NCBI GenBank assembly: GCA_951406725.2
Contig: OX597826.1
Coordinates: 20,522,001-20,586,000 of the forward strand
Length of the DNA stretch: 64,000 nucleotides
From: Octopus vulgaris
Taxonomy: Eukaryota
Reading direction: 5' to 3'
In this document: one piece after another, positions 43,286 through 57,756 of the stretch
Layout: each line of letters opens with the position of its first letter
Numbering within the stretch: the stretch's first letter is position 1
Notes under the pieces: model-generated
What the model saw: only the letters and a program-made list of their open reading frames with translations
What the model was told of the DNA's origin: nothing
The model's database searches: none
Program-made: the position numbers and the translations under genes

Positions 43286-44269
43286 CATATGTACACGTCT
43301 CACGTGTATATGTATATGTAACTTGTGTACATACAGATATTACATATACGGATATTACATGCAACACTTCTGGAATGCTTTACATATTTTCACAGTTCCA
43401 TTTATGACTTGTGGTCTCTTAATTGATTGCTTCTTTTTGGATTTTTCAACATTGGTCCAAAGACAACTGCTTACATAACCAAGTACCGCAATAGTTACAG
43501 GTATGAATATAGCGCCATAGAAATGGAATAGGAATACAACAAACTGATAACCAATGATGAAGAGCAGAAACAATTCCTTCTTGAAATTGTTAAAAATTAC
43601 AGGCCGTCACTCTCAAACAAAAACAAGAAAACATTACACTTGCTTCACAAAAAACCAAAATGAACCAAAATAAGTGGTTATGATATGCCTACTGGGGAAA
43701 CTTCCACATATAAAAAAAAAGTTAATGTGCTGTATGCTGTACCTCACTACGAACTATAGCCTAGCATGTCATCGTTTTTTTTTTCAAACTCGGTACATAT
43801 CAAACCGGTTCCGGCGAAAATATCAACAAAACAATATTTTTGAGCACAAACTGATATACATTTATCTTTAAAGCCTGGTAGAAACCTCTAATTTTCTCTT
43901 TTTCAGTCCCAAATTTCGAATGCAATGCTTTCTTAGGAATATGAATAAAATATGGGTGGGGTGTCTCCCTGAAAGGTGAAAAAAAAATTTTTTTTACCCC
44001 TTTTTTTTTGCTTCACCCTAATGTATATATGCATGCATGTATGTATGTATGTATGTATGTATGTATGTATGTATGTATGTATGTACGTATGTATGTATGT
44101 GTAGTGAATATGAATGGTGTGTATACACACACATATACACACAAATAATTTAAACCAATTTAAGCCGCTTTCCATTCCCACTCTTGGCCACAACGGTTGA
44201 CCTTCAATAAATCCCGTACCAATGCCTACAATATACCATCTACAAAATCTACCCCTGCTATTCTTTCCG

Positions 44270-44750
44270 CTGGTTGTTTTGGTCATTCCTTTTGCTCATA
44301 GTGAATCCAGTTGATTTGTCACTGTAGCAATTATCATAGAATAACGTAATGCTTATTACGAAAGCGTAGGGTTCTAGAATGTCTCCTTGAAACACACCGG
44401 CAAGGATTTCCAAAAAAGTATGTGGGTGATTGTGTCCTATAGAGAACAGTGATGGCATTTTCAGTTTCTTCTGGAAATTTGAATTTGCACTACTTTTTCC
44501 CGAAGTATTTTTTGAAATCCACAAATTCTTGCATCGGTTGAGATTTTGGTCTCTTCTTCTTAAGAATATTCGTAAAAAATGTATTTGCATTGTATTGAAA
44601 CAGAAATACTTTCTTTTGTTCTGGGTGCTTCTGATGACTGGATCTGAATAAGGTCTGATTCTTTGCAGTAAATTCTGTGGAAACTTACTTGGCTTCGATT
44701 CATATGCGATATACTGTAGGCACACCTTAGGGATTGACATAACCGCGGTT
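44270..44750 (-). mobile_element. RTE-group RT fragment
   Basis: EILAGVFQGDILEPYAFVI resembles the GVLQGDxLAPxLF motif of RTE/RTEX RTs. Confidence 0.6.
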
Positions 44751-44837
44751 CTTGTAAATTAATAACAAACTGTTACTTATCTCAGCATTCTAGCGTGAAG
44801 AATCGTGTGGAATGGGAAATTGCTAGCGATATACAGG

Positions 44838-45112
44838 GAAGCTGATATGGATATAAACATATAAATTGATATCGCTATAAACATGAAAATAAATAGAAAT
44901 ATAGGGGAGCTGATGTCGATATAAACACAGTGAAATTGATATTGATGGAGTAATTGATAAATATATAAAGATAATGGAATTGATATAGATATAAACATAG
45001 GGAAGGGGATAAATATATAAACATGGGGATATTGATGGGGATACAAACATAATGAGGTTGATATTGATGTGATAAACATACAAAACATGGATAAATTGGT
45101 ATCAAGATAAAC
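44838..45112. repeat. Degenerate ~24 nt minisatellite ('gatatrgatataaacat')
   Basis: Recurring 'gatataaaca' and 'aattgata' units. Confidence 0.55.
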
Positions 45113-46362
45113 AATAGCTCAGAGGCTGGTGGATTAATGCTTCAGTTATATATCTGTGGGATTATGGATTATAGAAGAAAGTTAAACAGTATGGACTATC
45201 TACTTAGTTGCTGTTATACCTACGTCTACATTAGACATAAACAAAACGGGAAAGCGGATTATAAATAAAGTACAATGACTAATGATAAAAGCAAGAAGAG
45301 CCTTCCAGATTTATACACCAAGTCGAAGTTATTTATGGACAAACCACCAACGACTGGAATTGTTGCAGAATTCTGTAGAATATTGTAAGATTACATAAAT
45401 GTTCGTAATTCCAGTAACTTTTGTAATCGTCGACGAAGAGCAGCGATTGTCTTCTAAAGAACAGATTCTCTATTGACAGTTCTGTGGAATCGTAATTTTG
45501 ACCATTTTTGAGTGTAGCGAGCTAAAATTGTTAATTATTGATCTAAAACAGAGAAAACTATTTGATAATTCGGTTTTTAATGAGATGGTCAGATTTCGAA
45601 ACTTCCAATTATAAGAAGAAATAATTGAAACAGGCGAGCGACCCAACAGACTGGGCTAAGTACTCATTGCAAAGGAGCCAAGGACCAACGTCGGATTTGC
45701 TAAAAATAACAGCCCATTGCCTTTAAAACAACACCATATTGCCTTAAAAAAATAGCTACATTAGACCACGTACTGTGAGTGTGAAAAAAGACTGGATGGT
45801 CATGGCTGGAGCATCTTTGATCATAGGTCTACTCCGCCAACCAAGACACCACCGCTCCCAAATGCAGTTTGGAGTAAACACTGCAAGACAGTGAACAGGC
45901 AATTGTTTATAGAAGTGATTCATTCCTCTATAAAGTTGTGGTGGTACATATTTGCAGCTAGGCAGACTGAACCATTTGCGGGTTGACTGTGTTGGACGAA
46001 AATACAACACGGTGCCACCTTCACCTCATTCTCATTCTTAGAGTATATTAAACCAAACCCCAAAACAAAACAGTAAGTCACATGACAGAAACTTGTCGTT
46101 CGAGAAAACACAACAATAATTGATAAATGATATAAATTAGATTAATTACTTGATGTCGATACTAAGTTAGACCTGGTGGGGTGAGGGCCTGTTATACCTG
46201 AGGTCACGGATAGAGACGAAAGGACGCTAACAAATCAGTAGATTGATCGATCGATTAATTGGATAACTAGTTGATTAATAATAACAATGATAAAAAAAAG
46301 TAATCCAGAATCTGTGTGTGTTTCTTGTCCATGTGACCCCACCAAAACACAGCCTTGTGAAA

Positions 46363-46899
46363 TCTATATCTATAAAAGCAGGATGTGTGTGTGTGTGTGT
46401 GTGTATGTGTGTGTGTGTGTGTGAATGTACTTTATGCACGTCCATAAATTAGCACGCATATCGCTCCAATTTTAGGAGGACATTGGTCATGATCATGACT
46501 GTGCTTTTGTGAACTTATTTTTCCCGAGGTACCCCCGGATAGGGGTAAAAATAGCTCTCCAACCATAACTTTTACCATTTTCACGTCGGTGAAATCCGTA
46601 AGTTTGCTAACACGAGTTAATTCACCCTACTACAATGCCTCAAAAAAAAAAAAAAAAAAAAAAGATTTGGACTACCTAAGCAATTTCAGCGTAGGAAAAG
46701 AGAAAGGGCTGAAGAAACTGACTATCAGCAGACCCATTGGTAAAATATTATAACTTTTTTGGCCGAAACCTGGCAATAAGAGCTTGCGGATATTCCGCTA
46801 CAAAACATTCAATAATACCGAAGCAGTAACTTTCATAAATCAGGGTATAATTTTTGAAGACTCTTTCTAAACCCAGTCAACGACGGGTATTTCTGCTAG
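46363..46899 (+). mobile_element. Non-autonomous Helitron
   Basis: 5' TC ('tctatatctataaaagc'), subterminal hairpin acccagtc-aac-gacgggt, 3' CTAG, inserted between A (46362) and T (46900) without TSD. Confidence 0.8.
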
Positions 46900-48759
46900 T
46901 TGAAGATTTTTGAAATTTCAGGTTAATCTATAGTAAAATTGTAAAGAAGTACATTATCTAATGTGTTCCTTGTTATTTCGCCTGACGTTAATATAGCCTA
47001 TAAGGTCATAGACATTCCAGCTCTGACCATCTCATCTTTTATACAGTAATCATATATCTAAGACTACATGATTCAAAGTGTCGTTCTTTATTTAAGATAG
47101 TATGTTGTGGTTTAAGGTAGATCTAGCTCTTATTTCTAACAAGTTGAAAGATTATGTAGCGGTTCTCCCGTTAAGACATGCATTTTACGTAGTTTCATGA
47201 TGATGATGATGGTTTTTAACCCCAGGTCATCGCTCATCGAGCAAATCTGTGATCAAAGGCGTTCTAACTACGACTACATCATATATTTTTATATATAAAG
47301 AACTGCTTTTTTAAGATGGTTGTGTGTAATTCGAAGTTGATTTGGCTGCTATTTCTACAAAGTTGAACGACCACATGACGGCTCCGCTACGGATTCGGGC
47401 AGCGATGAGTTTTTACATTTGGGAACAATAAACTCCCCCATCTTGAAAGAAAACAGAACCCACATAAAAGAATAAAACAAAGAAACTAGCAAATATTTAA
47501 ACATTATCACAACTTTTGTTTGGTTGAGCTCGATCGATAAGGCTTTAAATAATATCACCAGTGTGTGAGTATATATATAATACATATATAATATATATGT
47601 ATATATATGTATATGTATATAAGTATGTATATGTATGTATATATACATGTATATATAAATATGTATATATGTATGTATAACAAATTGTGCAGAAAAAGTA
47701 ATAATAGCGTTGAATAAAGTGGGATTATGGCATAGCTAGTGACACCTATGAAGGGGCGGCAAAATGTCAGAAGGATATCATCAAAGGAAATATAGAATGC
47801 AGCAAGAGAGAGAGGAAAAAAAAAGAAACAAAATGGCCGCTATGAACCGAATTTCACAAACAAACAGTAAAATATCGATTAATTGTTGTACCTAAACGTA
47901 GCACAAAACAAAAATCTACTCCTGTATGTAATGCATTCAAATTGATACGCCATCAAACGCGAAATTTTCATAAAAAATGCAAATTCTACAGCTATTATTT
48001 CCGATTCTGAGTCATAGAAAATTCCGAGCTGGCCTTTGCTTCCTTAAATAGGAATAAATGACAACAAACAAAAAGAAAGAAAGGAAGAAGAAAGGTTTAA
48101 CAAATACTAACCTATAATTTTAACTCTCTCCACTGAAATGTCACCAAATAAAGCGATTGAAAGTCTAAAAATCTTGGAAAGTTTGCATTTAAAATAGAAA
48201 ATAAAAATAAAATTATGTCTTTCTTCAAACGGACTTGCATATTGCAACAAACGACTGTTTCTACTTAAATTCACTTTAATTAACAATTAAATCTCTTTTA
48301 ATCAAATGTTTCTTCAGTGTTGCAAATATTGTAATGTAAGAATTAATTGACATCACGAATAGAATGTTTTTTCAAACACTTATAAACGATCATTAACAGT
48401 AGATATTTCATTAGGATAGCGTTGCTGATCAATATGATCGATATTGAAGAATGCGCATCTGGTCGGTTTATTGTATCGATCACATCTGAAATTCTCACCT
48501 GGGTCATCTAACTTCTTGTTCTTTCCGCTACAGACAATGTATTCCATTGTGTAGGTCATATCTGAGTTCTCTACAGGCTCAGTTACTGTTCGATACTGAA
48601 GTATATTCTGATACTAAACAAGAGGTCCAGTCCGTGGTGGAGAATTTTCATGTAAGAGATATGAGAATATGAGAGGAGAGTAATAGGAGAGACTAACGGT
48701 AATTGTGAACTTTGTGTGTAGTGTGACATTTGAGGGGTTGGAGTGGAAAACTCTTTCAT

Positions 48760-49000
48760 GTTACTGAAGGAAATATAATTACTTTTGACCCCAGTTTTTG
48801 GGAACTATGATCACAGATCATGTGCAAGTTTAAAATGAATTGTCTAGGTTGTATAAGGGGACGCAAAAACTGATATCGTTTGTAAAGGAAGGAGCTTTTC
48901 TGGAGGAAAATAAATGAGGAAAAGTGTTGGGGGTAGAATGGAACCTTGGTGCATACCACAGTTATTGGTCTCCAAGTCAAGGAGAATTCAGTGTACACAT
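48760..49000 (-). mobile_element. CR1/L2-group RT fragment, highly decayed
   Basis: CGMHQGSILPPTLFLIY resembles GVPQGSxLGPxLFLIY. Confidence 0.55.
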
Positions 49001-49314
49001 ATTGCGATGCTGTGATATAACAAAAAAGTTCCGATCCAAAAGACTTGAGGCGAATTAAACCATTAAATGCTACATTTTATAATTTACCGTATCTGAGAAT
49101 TAATATTTATTTATTAAGTAATTAATCTTACCCTAAACCTACTGCGTTTTATTATTTCAGTAAAAGACTTCTTTGTTGAAGACAGATATATCAGATGAAT
49201 CACTGGATAACCATATGCTAGCAGTTTTCACTCGATTTTCTATTATGGCAAGCAAGTGGTTTCAAGTAATATTTATGTAATGTGGCTTATTTTGCCCTTC
49301 CAAAAAGCTAGTAT

Positions 49315-49360
<46 letters not shown>

Positions 49361-49420
49361 ACGTATGTACGTACGAAAGCCGAACGTAATATGCATGCAT
49401 ATATACATGTGGTTGGAATG

Positions 49421-49454
<34 letters not shown>

Positions 49455-49699
49455 CATTCAGACACGAAAGTTATATTTCGAACGCAGTACAGTCGTGAAA
49501 ACAACAGGAAGATTGAGTGTTTTACCCTTATATGACGGGAGAAATATTCAATGTTTCTGCTGTTTTCTCGGCTAAACTGCGTTCGAAATATTACTTTCTC
49601 GTTTGTATGTTACGATACACATTCGACGCTTCCAAAATGAGGAAAAAAGTTTGTTTACATTGCATCTCCTTCTTTCTGTGATTTTTTTCTCTCTGTGTA

Positions 49700-49737
49700 T
49701 CTTTCTGTTGAAGAGCGTAGGCTCGAAACGTTAAAGA
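49700..49737 (+). ncRNA. Minimal type I hammerhead-like motif with a variant core, in a probable Penelope pseudo-LTR (~49455-49837)
   Basis: ucuuu-CUGUUGA-a-gagc-guag-gcuc-GAAAC-GUU-aaaga: stems I and II pair, stem III is the palindrome AACGUU, and core A6 is replaced by U. Confidence 0.55.
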
Positions 49738-49835
49738 CTTGTTTTATTTATATTTCCTGAGCGCCATACTAATACAATTGTTTGTTTGTTTTCCACCTGC
49801 CTTCGTCTTTTGTCTATTTTCATAAAACTTCCCGT

Positions 49836-49883
<48 letters not shown>

Positions 49884-50366
49884 ATTATAGGACGTTATGC
49901 ACACACACAAACACACACACGCACACACACACATACACACACACATTTACAAACGTACACACTATTACGAGTTTAGAATGGTGTATAGTAAACATATGTA
50001 TGTATGTATGCATGTATCTATGTATTTACGGCAGTATGTATGCAGCGTCGCGTTTATATCCCTGAATGAGAGCTATATTAACGTTATCATCCCACTGGTA
50101 CTCCATATTTATCGCTTACACAACGCTGTTCTCTTCTTCTCTGATATCAGCCACACTCACTATGCCACCACATTTCCCTCACACTAACAGTTTTGCACCG
50201 TTCTCGTTTTATCAAATAATAACTCAACCCCACTAGGAGCACATTATAGATATTTTGGAAATTCAATCAGCCTATAATTGAACTAGATTTTAGGTTAACA
50301 ATTATGTAAAGTTTCATCAAGATGGTAACTGTCAAATCGACAGACAGAAATTACCATTTATGTATA

Positions 50367-50483
<117 letters not shown>

Positions 50484-50530
50484 TATATATATATGTATGT
50501 ATGTATATGTGTATGTATGTATATATATAT

Positions 50531-50830
50531 ATGATGGTTGTCCACTCATGACCGAGGAAGATCATCACTGACCATTGTCAATGCAAAATTCAGCAGTTAT
50601 TACTTGAGGTTGTTACTCAAGTAGTCGGCAGCTTCACCTCAATTCGCGTCCGCAGCTTCCATGCTTGCCGCGACGACCTCCTATTCAAACGGGCATCAGA
50701 CATTCGCCTTGCTGGTGATAGAATAACCTGAAGTTTTAGGTTCAACAAAGCTTGCACAGCACCTAACATCCTCTCCACTCTACAAGCATGTTACCAGTAG
50801 CTCTCACGGGACACCTCATAAGTGAACCTC
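50531..50830 (-). mobile_element. Decayed element related to the RTE-type element at 8321-8980, without the 5.8S head
   Basis: Shares 'catgttaccagtagc.ctc' and a loosely similar end ('ggttgtccactcatgaccgaggaagatcat' vs 'ggctgccccctcgttatcgagtatggccat'). Confidence 0.45.
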
Positions 50831-51181
50831 CTATACACACACATTTGGTTATTAGTTATAGCCTCTTCCTCTCACTCTCTCAATAAACTGTTTCGTTCTA
50901 TCATACAAGGGATCCCTTCACATATTTTTGTGATGCTGGTGGAAAGTCATCCACTGTTGGGTCATAATCTATTTCGCCATCTACTTGGTGCCACCTGCTC
51001 TCCCTGACACATCCTGGATGAGCCGAAGGGTCAAGAGGAGGAACAAGACTGACGCGAGGATAATGTCTTATCACGATTACACAAGCACCTGAAAAAACTA
51101 GCATGTTACTTTTATCGAGTCATACTCGCTTGTTGTTGATGGCCCTCCCATCCTCCCCTCCCTCCCTCCCTCCCTCCCTCC

Positions 51182-51263
<82 letters not shown>

Positions 51264-52859
51264 ATGTATGTATGTATGTATGTATGTATATATATATAGA
51301 TAGATAGACATATATATAGTCATCAAGCGTCAATAGATTATCAGTGTAAGGAGGGAGTGGGGTCACAGTTGTGAATCGAAACTACGACACACTGACATGT
51401 TGATTTGCACTGATCAGCTCTGAAATGAAGGATTCTTCTCTCTTGATAATCAAAATATCTAAGGAGGAAACATTTAATTATTTGGGTTCAGAAATATTAT
51501 ATTTAATATCTAAGGTGGGGTGGGGTGGGGAGAAGATCGTTGAGTTAAGGGGGCTGTTATTTCATGATGAAATGTGAAATTGCCTAGGCTCAGGGGTACC
51601 AAGCAGAAGAAGGCAATGTAGGTTGAAAGGTAAAGTAAAGAAACTTATCTAAGGTCAGGGTTTCTACATTTAAAGGGGAGTCCCAATTATCGAAATATCA
51701 CAGATCTGATATTCAAAATTGAAAGGAGAAAATTAAATGGCACAACATGGAGTAGTTTAACTCCAGGTCAAGCCCAATAGAGTAGACCTTATAATCAAAG
51801 CCATTCCTTACTGTGATAATTTCAGTTGTTTAGTGATAGCGAGGATTGCTATGATTTGATGAGCCCTTCTCTTTTATTAAGACACTAGGGTGTTAATGCA
51901 GGGAGATATGGTTGCAGATCAATCATCAACGTAAAGACTTCTTGTGGGGCCATGGTTTTGATGAAAGAAGGGAAAAGAGGATGATGTAATGTTCATACCA
52001 TTTCTAAGTACATTAGTATGACTTGATTTCATTTTTCTGTGATCTCAGCTGAAATCGATCCTTCTATCTCTGGCATTTCGTCCAGTTTTGTTGCGGTTCA
52101 AATTCAAATGCGGATAAATACTATTTACAGTTTTAAAATTGCGTCAAAGTAAATAAAAATAAACCGCTTGAAGTTTAAAATAATTTTACTTCAAAAATGA
52201 GAATTTTCATTCATTTATTCGAAACGAAAGAAAATATTTCAGAAAAAAAGTATGAAAAAATCTTCAAAAACAATTGCAACTCAAAAATCTACGGAAAAAT
52301 CCGGTGGATGAGAGAGAATGGTAACAACATATTGAATAGAGAGGCAGATTACTGAGGTAAAAAAAATAAAAGTCATTGTGAAATGGAGGGGAAAAAAAGC
52401 TGGGATAAGATCTGAAATAATTTCTAAATGTCGGAACAATTTAAAGAAAAGAGAAATAAAGATTCATCGGTGCTGAAAACAGTGAATTCTTTGTTGCTTT
52501 TATGCAATATCCGTTATTTAATTAACGATTTTGCTTCTCTGTTGAGACTTCAGTCGTTTCATATCTATTTTTAAGAAAATAATAATAATAATAATCTAAT
52601 CGAAGTATACTTCCGTTTAGCTTGTGTCAGCAGCTTTCTTCAATTCTTAAACGATTATTGTCCTGCAAGCCAGTCTTGCTCCGTTCGAGTGTTCACAGAA
52701 AATAAATGAAACAATAAATAAATGAGAATCAAGTCTCGAATAAAGATGTATTGCCGGATGTTGAGGCAGGTTGAAAGAACGAGTAAATGTTGAGGAAATA
52801 CGATTTCGAAATAGGCTTGGCTAAATAGTTTCCATATTGTCGTCTGATGACCACAAAAG

Positions 52860-52940
52860 ATGGCGAAATTGATAAGAGATGGGATACAACGAAGAAAAGA
52901 GGTCTATAAAGATGTTTGGAAGAAAAAAACATATCGGCAG
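52860..52940 (+). other. 3' part of a candidate exon ending at a strong donor
   Basis: ATG...MAKLIRDGIQRRKEVYKDVWKKKTYRQ then CAG|gtaaat; 5' boundary and frame unknown. Confidence 0.3.
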
Positions 52941-53493
52941 GTAAATTCGAGAACAATGATAAACAATAGAATGGCTTTAAAACCTTTTAACGACAAAGCA
53001 ACAAAAACAACAACAATAACCTATATCTATTCTGACGAAGAAGCGATTTATTTTGTTTGTTTTTGTTGTTTTAATTTGAAAACATCCGTTGTAAAAATGA
53101 AGATGGAGTATAATTCAATATTCTTTAGAAGATATTTCCCCAAATTTATTCAATATTTTTGTGTTTTTCTATTATTTTTTCTGTATAGATTCTTGACCTT
53201 TCATTCTTTCGTTATAATTTGTTTTCGTTTTTCTTTTTTTTATTATTCTTTACCAATTTACATTAATAATAGAAAAAATACTCTAAGAAAGCAGTTAAAA
53301 CATAATTCTGGAACTGTTCTGAAACAAAAAACAAAAAAATAATTAAGAAAAAAAAATATATATACCGTTAACTGAAATGCTTGTCGGTAGCGTATCTTAA
53401 TCGCATTCAATTTACCTGGTTCCAGCGTTATGTGAATGGTATTCAATAGATATTACTACAACACACACACACACACACTCACACACGCACACA

Positions 53494-53608
<115 letters not shown>

Positions 53609-55931
53609 TAAAGTCAACCTCGCTCTGACTGCCGTTGTCCTCGCACAAACATCTGTTTCTCATTGTTACCTCTCGTCCTCTTCCATAATTCTTCACTACT
53701 TCACTAAATTTCCCGCTCCTTCACTACTTCTAAATGTATTTTATTCACTAATCGTACATATTTCCTCTCTCTTTAACGAAGAACCCTCCATCCGAAACGT
53801 TAATATTTCTCTTCCTCACCGTAAAATTATTCCACTTCACTACAAAGTTTTCCAGTTCACTCTCTACCGATCGTCCTCGGATTCTATTTATTATTTTACA
53901 TATGAGTTAGTGAACATATTACCATTGTATTTACACAGTCACATATCGATATTATCAAACGTATCGGTTGTTTTTCATTTGGTCTTATATAAAAATCATT
54001 GGTACCAATCGACATGAAATGTAAGTCAAGAGATTTAAAGACAGCGAGCTGTTCGATTAAGTAACACTCTGTCAATTGTGGAGCTACTCTACTTCTAACT
54101 AAACCACAGAAAAAGACCCATCAAAAATATTTGGCTAAAACCTTAGGATTTTGGAACAATTTTATAGTTTTTACGATAACAGTTCTAATTCAAAAAAATC
54201 TGATCAAACCCCAGAATTTGTGGTGCCTCTTCCACTGATGGAGTTCATTCGCCTCAAAGCCAGGTCTAACCGAGTCCTCAGCAGTGTCGGAGTCACTCAC
54301 ACTCCAAGTTAAGTTCTCAGGAGTACTGGGATTCGTCTCATCCTAATTTACACATCCAAACAGGTGTCGGGGCCAATATTCTCTTGAAAAAACACCCTTA
54401 GGATTGAGTGAAAGCCTCTCTTATTAAGCTTAATTCACGGTGAAGTTCTACCTACATCGATATATTCATTTACAGTTTGGAGGACATAGACAACACAGTT
54501 TTACCAGCAGAATTCCAACTCCTGACTTCTAGGCTGGTTTTCTAGAATGTTATCAGGTCAGTCACTCAAAATCGCATGATGAGTACTAGAGGCCACAAAC
54601 ATACCGTAACTTCTTTAGGCAAAAACAAGGAAAATAGAATCAGGTTCGACCATTTTAAATAGATCTATAAACGTATTAAGAGATATTTAATAGTGCCTAG
54701 TGTAGACACTACTAAATAGTGTCCTATGAAGTAATTTGAATGTATTTTATGCATGATCGTTCGAAGTGACGGGGGAACGTAGTAGATTCTCCCATTATTG
54801 TGAAATTAATGCGGTTAATGTTCAGGTTGTGTGACTGTAGGAAAAATTCGGGCGAAAGAGTCAACGCAGGACTCTCTATGTGTTCACTTAACCGGCTACA
54901 AATAGCTGCTAAATCTCTCTCAAATCACACCTCATCACTTTAGAAATGAACGTATTGGATAATATGGTCCTAGGCTCTCTCCAAATATGAAAAATACGGA
55001 ATGGTCATGGCTGGAATGCCTCTGATTCTATGCTTGCAGCATCAGGATTGGCCAGCAGCTAAACAGCACAAACTACAATAATAAACACGCGTGGGGAAAA
55101 AATTCCAGAGGATTATAATTAATGAAGGAAAGCTTGGGAGAAATATTTCGGGCGTGGAGAAGTAAAATATAGTGAAAGGTGGAGAAGATAGGAGTGAAGC
55201 GAATGAACCGGGATGGAATGGGTCTTCAGTTTGTTAGGGCCAAAGCGAAAGAAAGCATTGCAGAATGACTATCTTTTAAAGGTTCTAAACAAAGTTAAAA
55301 TGAAATAAACTCGACGAGGCCGAGAGTTAATTTAGTCCTAACAAAAGCCACGAATGTATCGATGGGAGATTTGATGTTATTTCACTTTAAACATTCCTTT
55401 ATTTAATACCTTATTAATTCTAGTGAAGCTAAATTTTCTGACTGTTTCTATTTGATAATAGATTTAATCTTGTTATTAGCTTTAAAATTGTATCACTGTT
55501 AGAGCTACAAATATCTCAGTATTCTGCGCCAACTTTCTTTGAGGCCATTAATATTTCCAGCTTTTATCTTCATCATTTCGTAGTCAACATTCCTACAGAC
55601 TTACTAGATAGTCTATAAAAAGAGAGACGAATGAGGAGAGAGAAACAACAACAACAACAACAAATAAGAAAATAGCAAAATGTAATTAATGTATTTTCTT
55701 CCAACTTATCATTGAAGCATCTTCACATAAAGCAATTCGGTTTTTTTTCCTCTTTCTTTCTTTCTTTTTTTGTTGTTGATATAACTGTCCGCTAATCGTA
55801 GACAGATAGCCGGCTCGAAGCTCAGTAACCCAGCTTTGCAGGCCAACTCTGCTTATCAACAAGGTATTGTTGTCACTCTTACTATACATTTCACACAAGT
55901 ATGAAAAATGAGAAAATTAAGCAAAAGAAAG

Positions 55932-56029
<98 letters not shown>

Positions 56030-56361
56030 TGTGTGTGCGTTTGTGATGTGCTTGTTCGCAGGAAGAGAAACATTCACAAACTAATGAAATTATTCAACAG
56101 TTCAGGAAGTAGATCTAAATATATTACTTTATTTAAATATTAGTTTACGGGTTTATAAATATACTTCAATCATTTCTATCTCAGATCAAAAAATTTTCCC
56201 TAAACACACACACACACACACACACTCTCTCTCTCTCTCCCTCTCTCTCTCACACACACGCGCTAATGCATGCACACACACACACACCTTATGCCATAAA
56301 TATCCTCTACTCCTTTTTGCATATTTACATCTAAATCTTATCCAGCTGGAGTCATGTTAGA

Positions 56362-56415
56362 ACAGCTACTGAGTGGACGATGCCTATTGAGGCAGAAACA
56401 TGTATCAATGGCTGT
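56362..56415 (+). ncRNA. Degenerate hammerhead-like motif
   Basis: acagcuacuga-GUGGACGA-ugccu-auug-aggca-GAAAC-au-GUA-ucaauggcugu: stems I, II and palindromic III are present, but the 5' core deviates from CUGANGA. Confidence 0.5.
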
Positions 56416-57663
56416 CCTCTTGACCCCAGAAAAGGAATAAAACCCAGGTTATCTTCTCTCTTATGGCATTTAAATTTCGAAGTACTCTTGATTCTTGAGA
56501 TCTTTCCATTTTATTTGGAGTCGCTCGAACTTGGCACTAGATGTTTGTTTACCTTCTCTCGAAAGAAAGATAATTTTAGTAAGGCGAAATATTTCATTGT
56601 TGTCCAAATTCCTGTCAATGACAAATCTGAGTTGATTCTTTTAGCCCATTTTTGTCTAATCTGTCTGTCTGTCAGTCTCTCTGTCTCTCTTTCTTCCTCC
56701 CTCTCCCTCTTTCTCTCTCTCTCCTTCCCTCACTGTATACTACACCCCCACCTATATCTCTATTATTAAAATTAATATGTTCCCCTTTTTATTTTGCTCC
56801 GAGGATTAGCCACAGCCTTACTTTTTTTTTTTTGCCGCAACGTTCTTTTATTTAATAGCAAAAAGTATAGAGTTATTCAAAATAAAGTCGGAACACAATA
56901 TTGCCCTTTAGTAAATAGAGAAAAAGTCCTTTCAATAAAATTATATGTAACTTAATCAAAATAAATATATTCACTTGTTCGCGATTTTTTTTCAGTTGAC
57001 GCAACAAATAAACAATACAAAAACTATGTAACTATTAGTTTCATTAGATACTTAATTTATGATATCATTAATCTTTTTTTTTTATAAAGATGGCATGCAG
57101 AATTAGGGATTCATAAGAGAAAAGCGCTTGCCTTCTTAAGGGCCCCTAATTCTTCTCTCTAATAATTCACTGCTAACATTACACATATTTTCACTTTCAC
57201 CTTTAGGCTTCCTCCAACATTTTAGTCCATTAACTGAAAGCGCGAGTTTTTTGTGGTGTTTTTTTTTTGTATTTTCGTTAAGGCTTTTTGCTTTATGTTG
57301 TTAAAACCGGTTGTGGCTGAGTTCCCTCGTTTTCACTATTCGAACTCGACGCTTGTAGGGTTTTTAATTCCTTAACACTTTCATAGGTGAGGATCTTCTC
57401 GACATGGAATAAAAAACCGGATATTATCTGCATGAACATCGTCAAACCTCAATTCTTGTACCTTTTGGGACTGATTGAGATTGATTCAGGCTTTAGCCAA
57501 TGGACTTAAATACATCTAAGCACGATGCTATACCACAATGGGACATGTATGCTTAGCCTCTTTCCAGATGACATACATATATATATATACATAGATATAT
57601 ACAGCACCTTGTGTATGAGCTCATGCGTGTGTGTATCTCTCTCTCTCTCTCTCTCTCTCCCTC

Positions 57664-57756
<93 letters not shown>

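Noticed and set aside
43600-44020. MITE or DNA transposon remnant
   Set aside because: Composition is suggestive, but no matching pair of terminal inverted repeats or TSD was found.
52838-52880. CTGATGA-cca...tgg-cGAAA hammerhead-like motif
   Set aside because: Stems I and III do not pair; likely chance.
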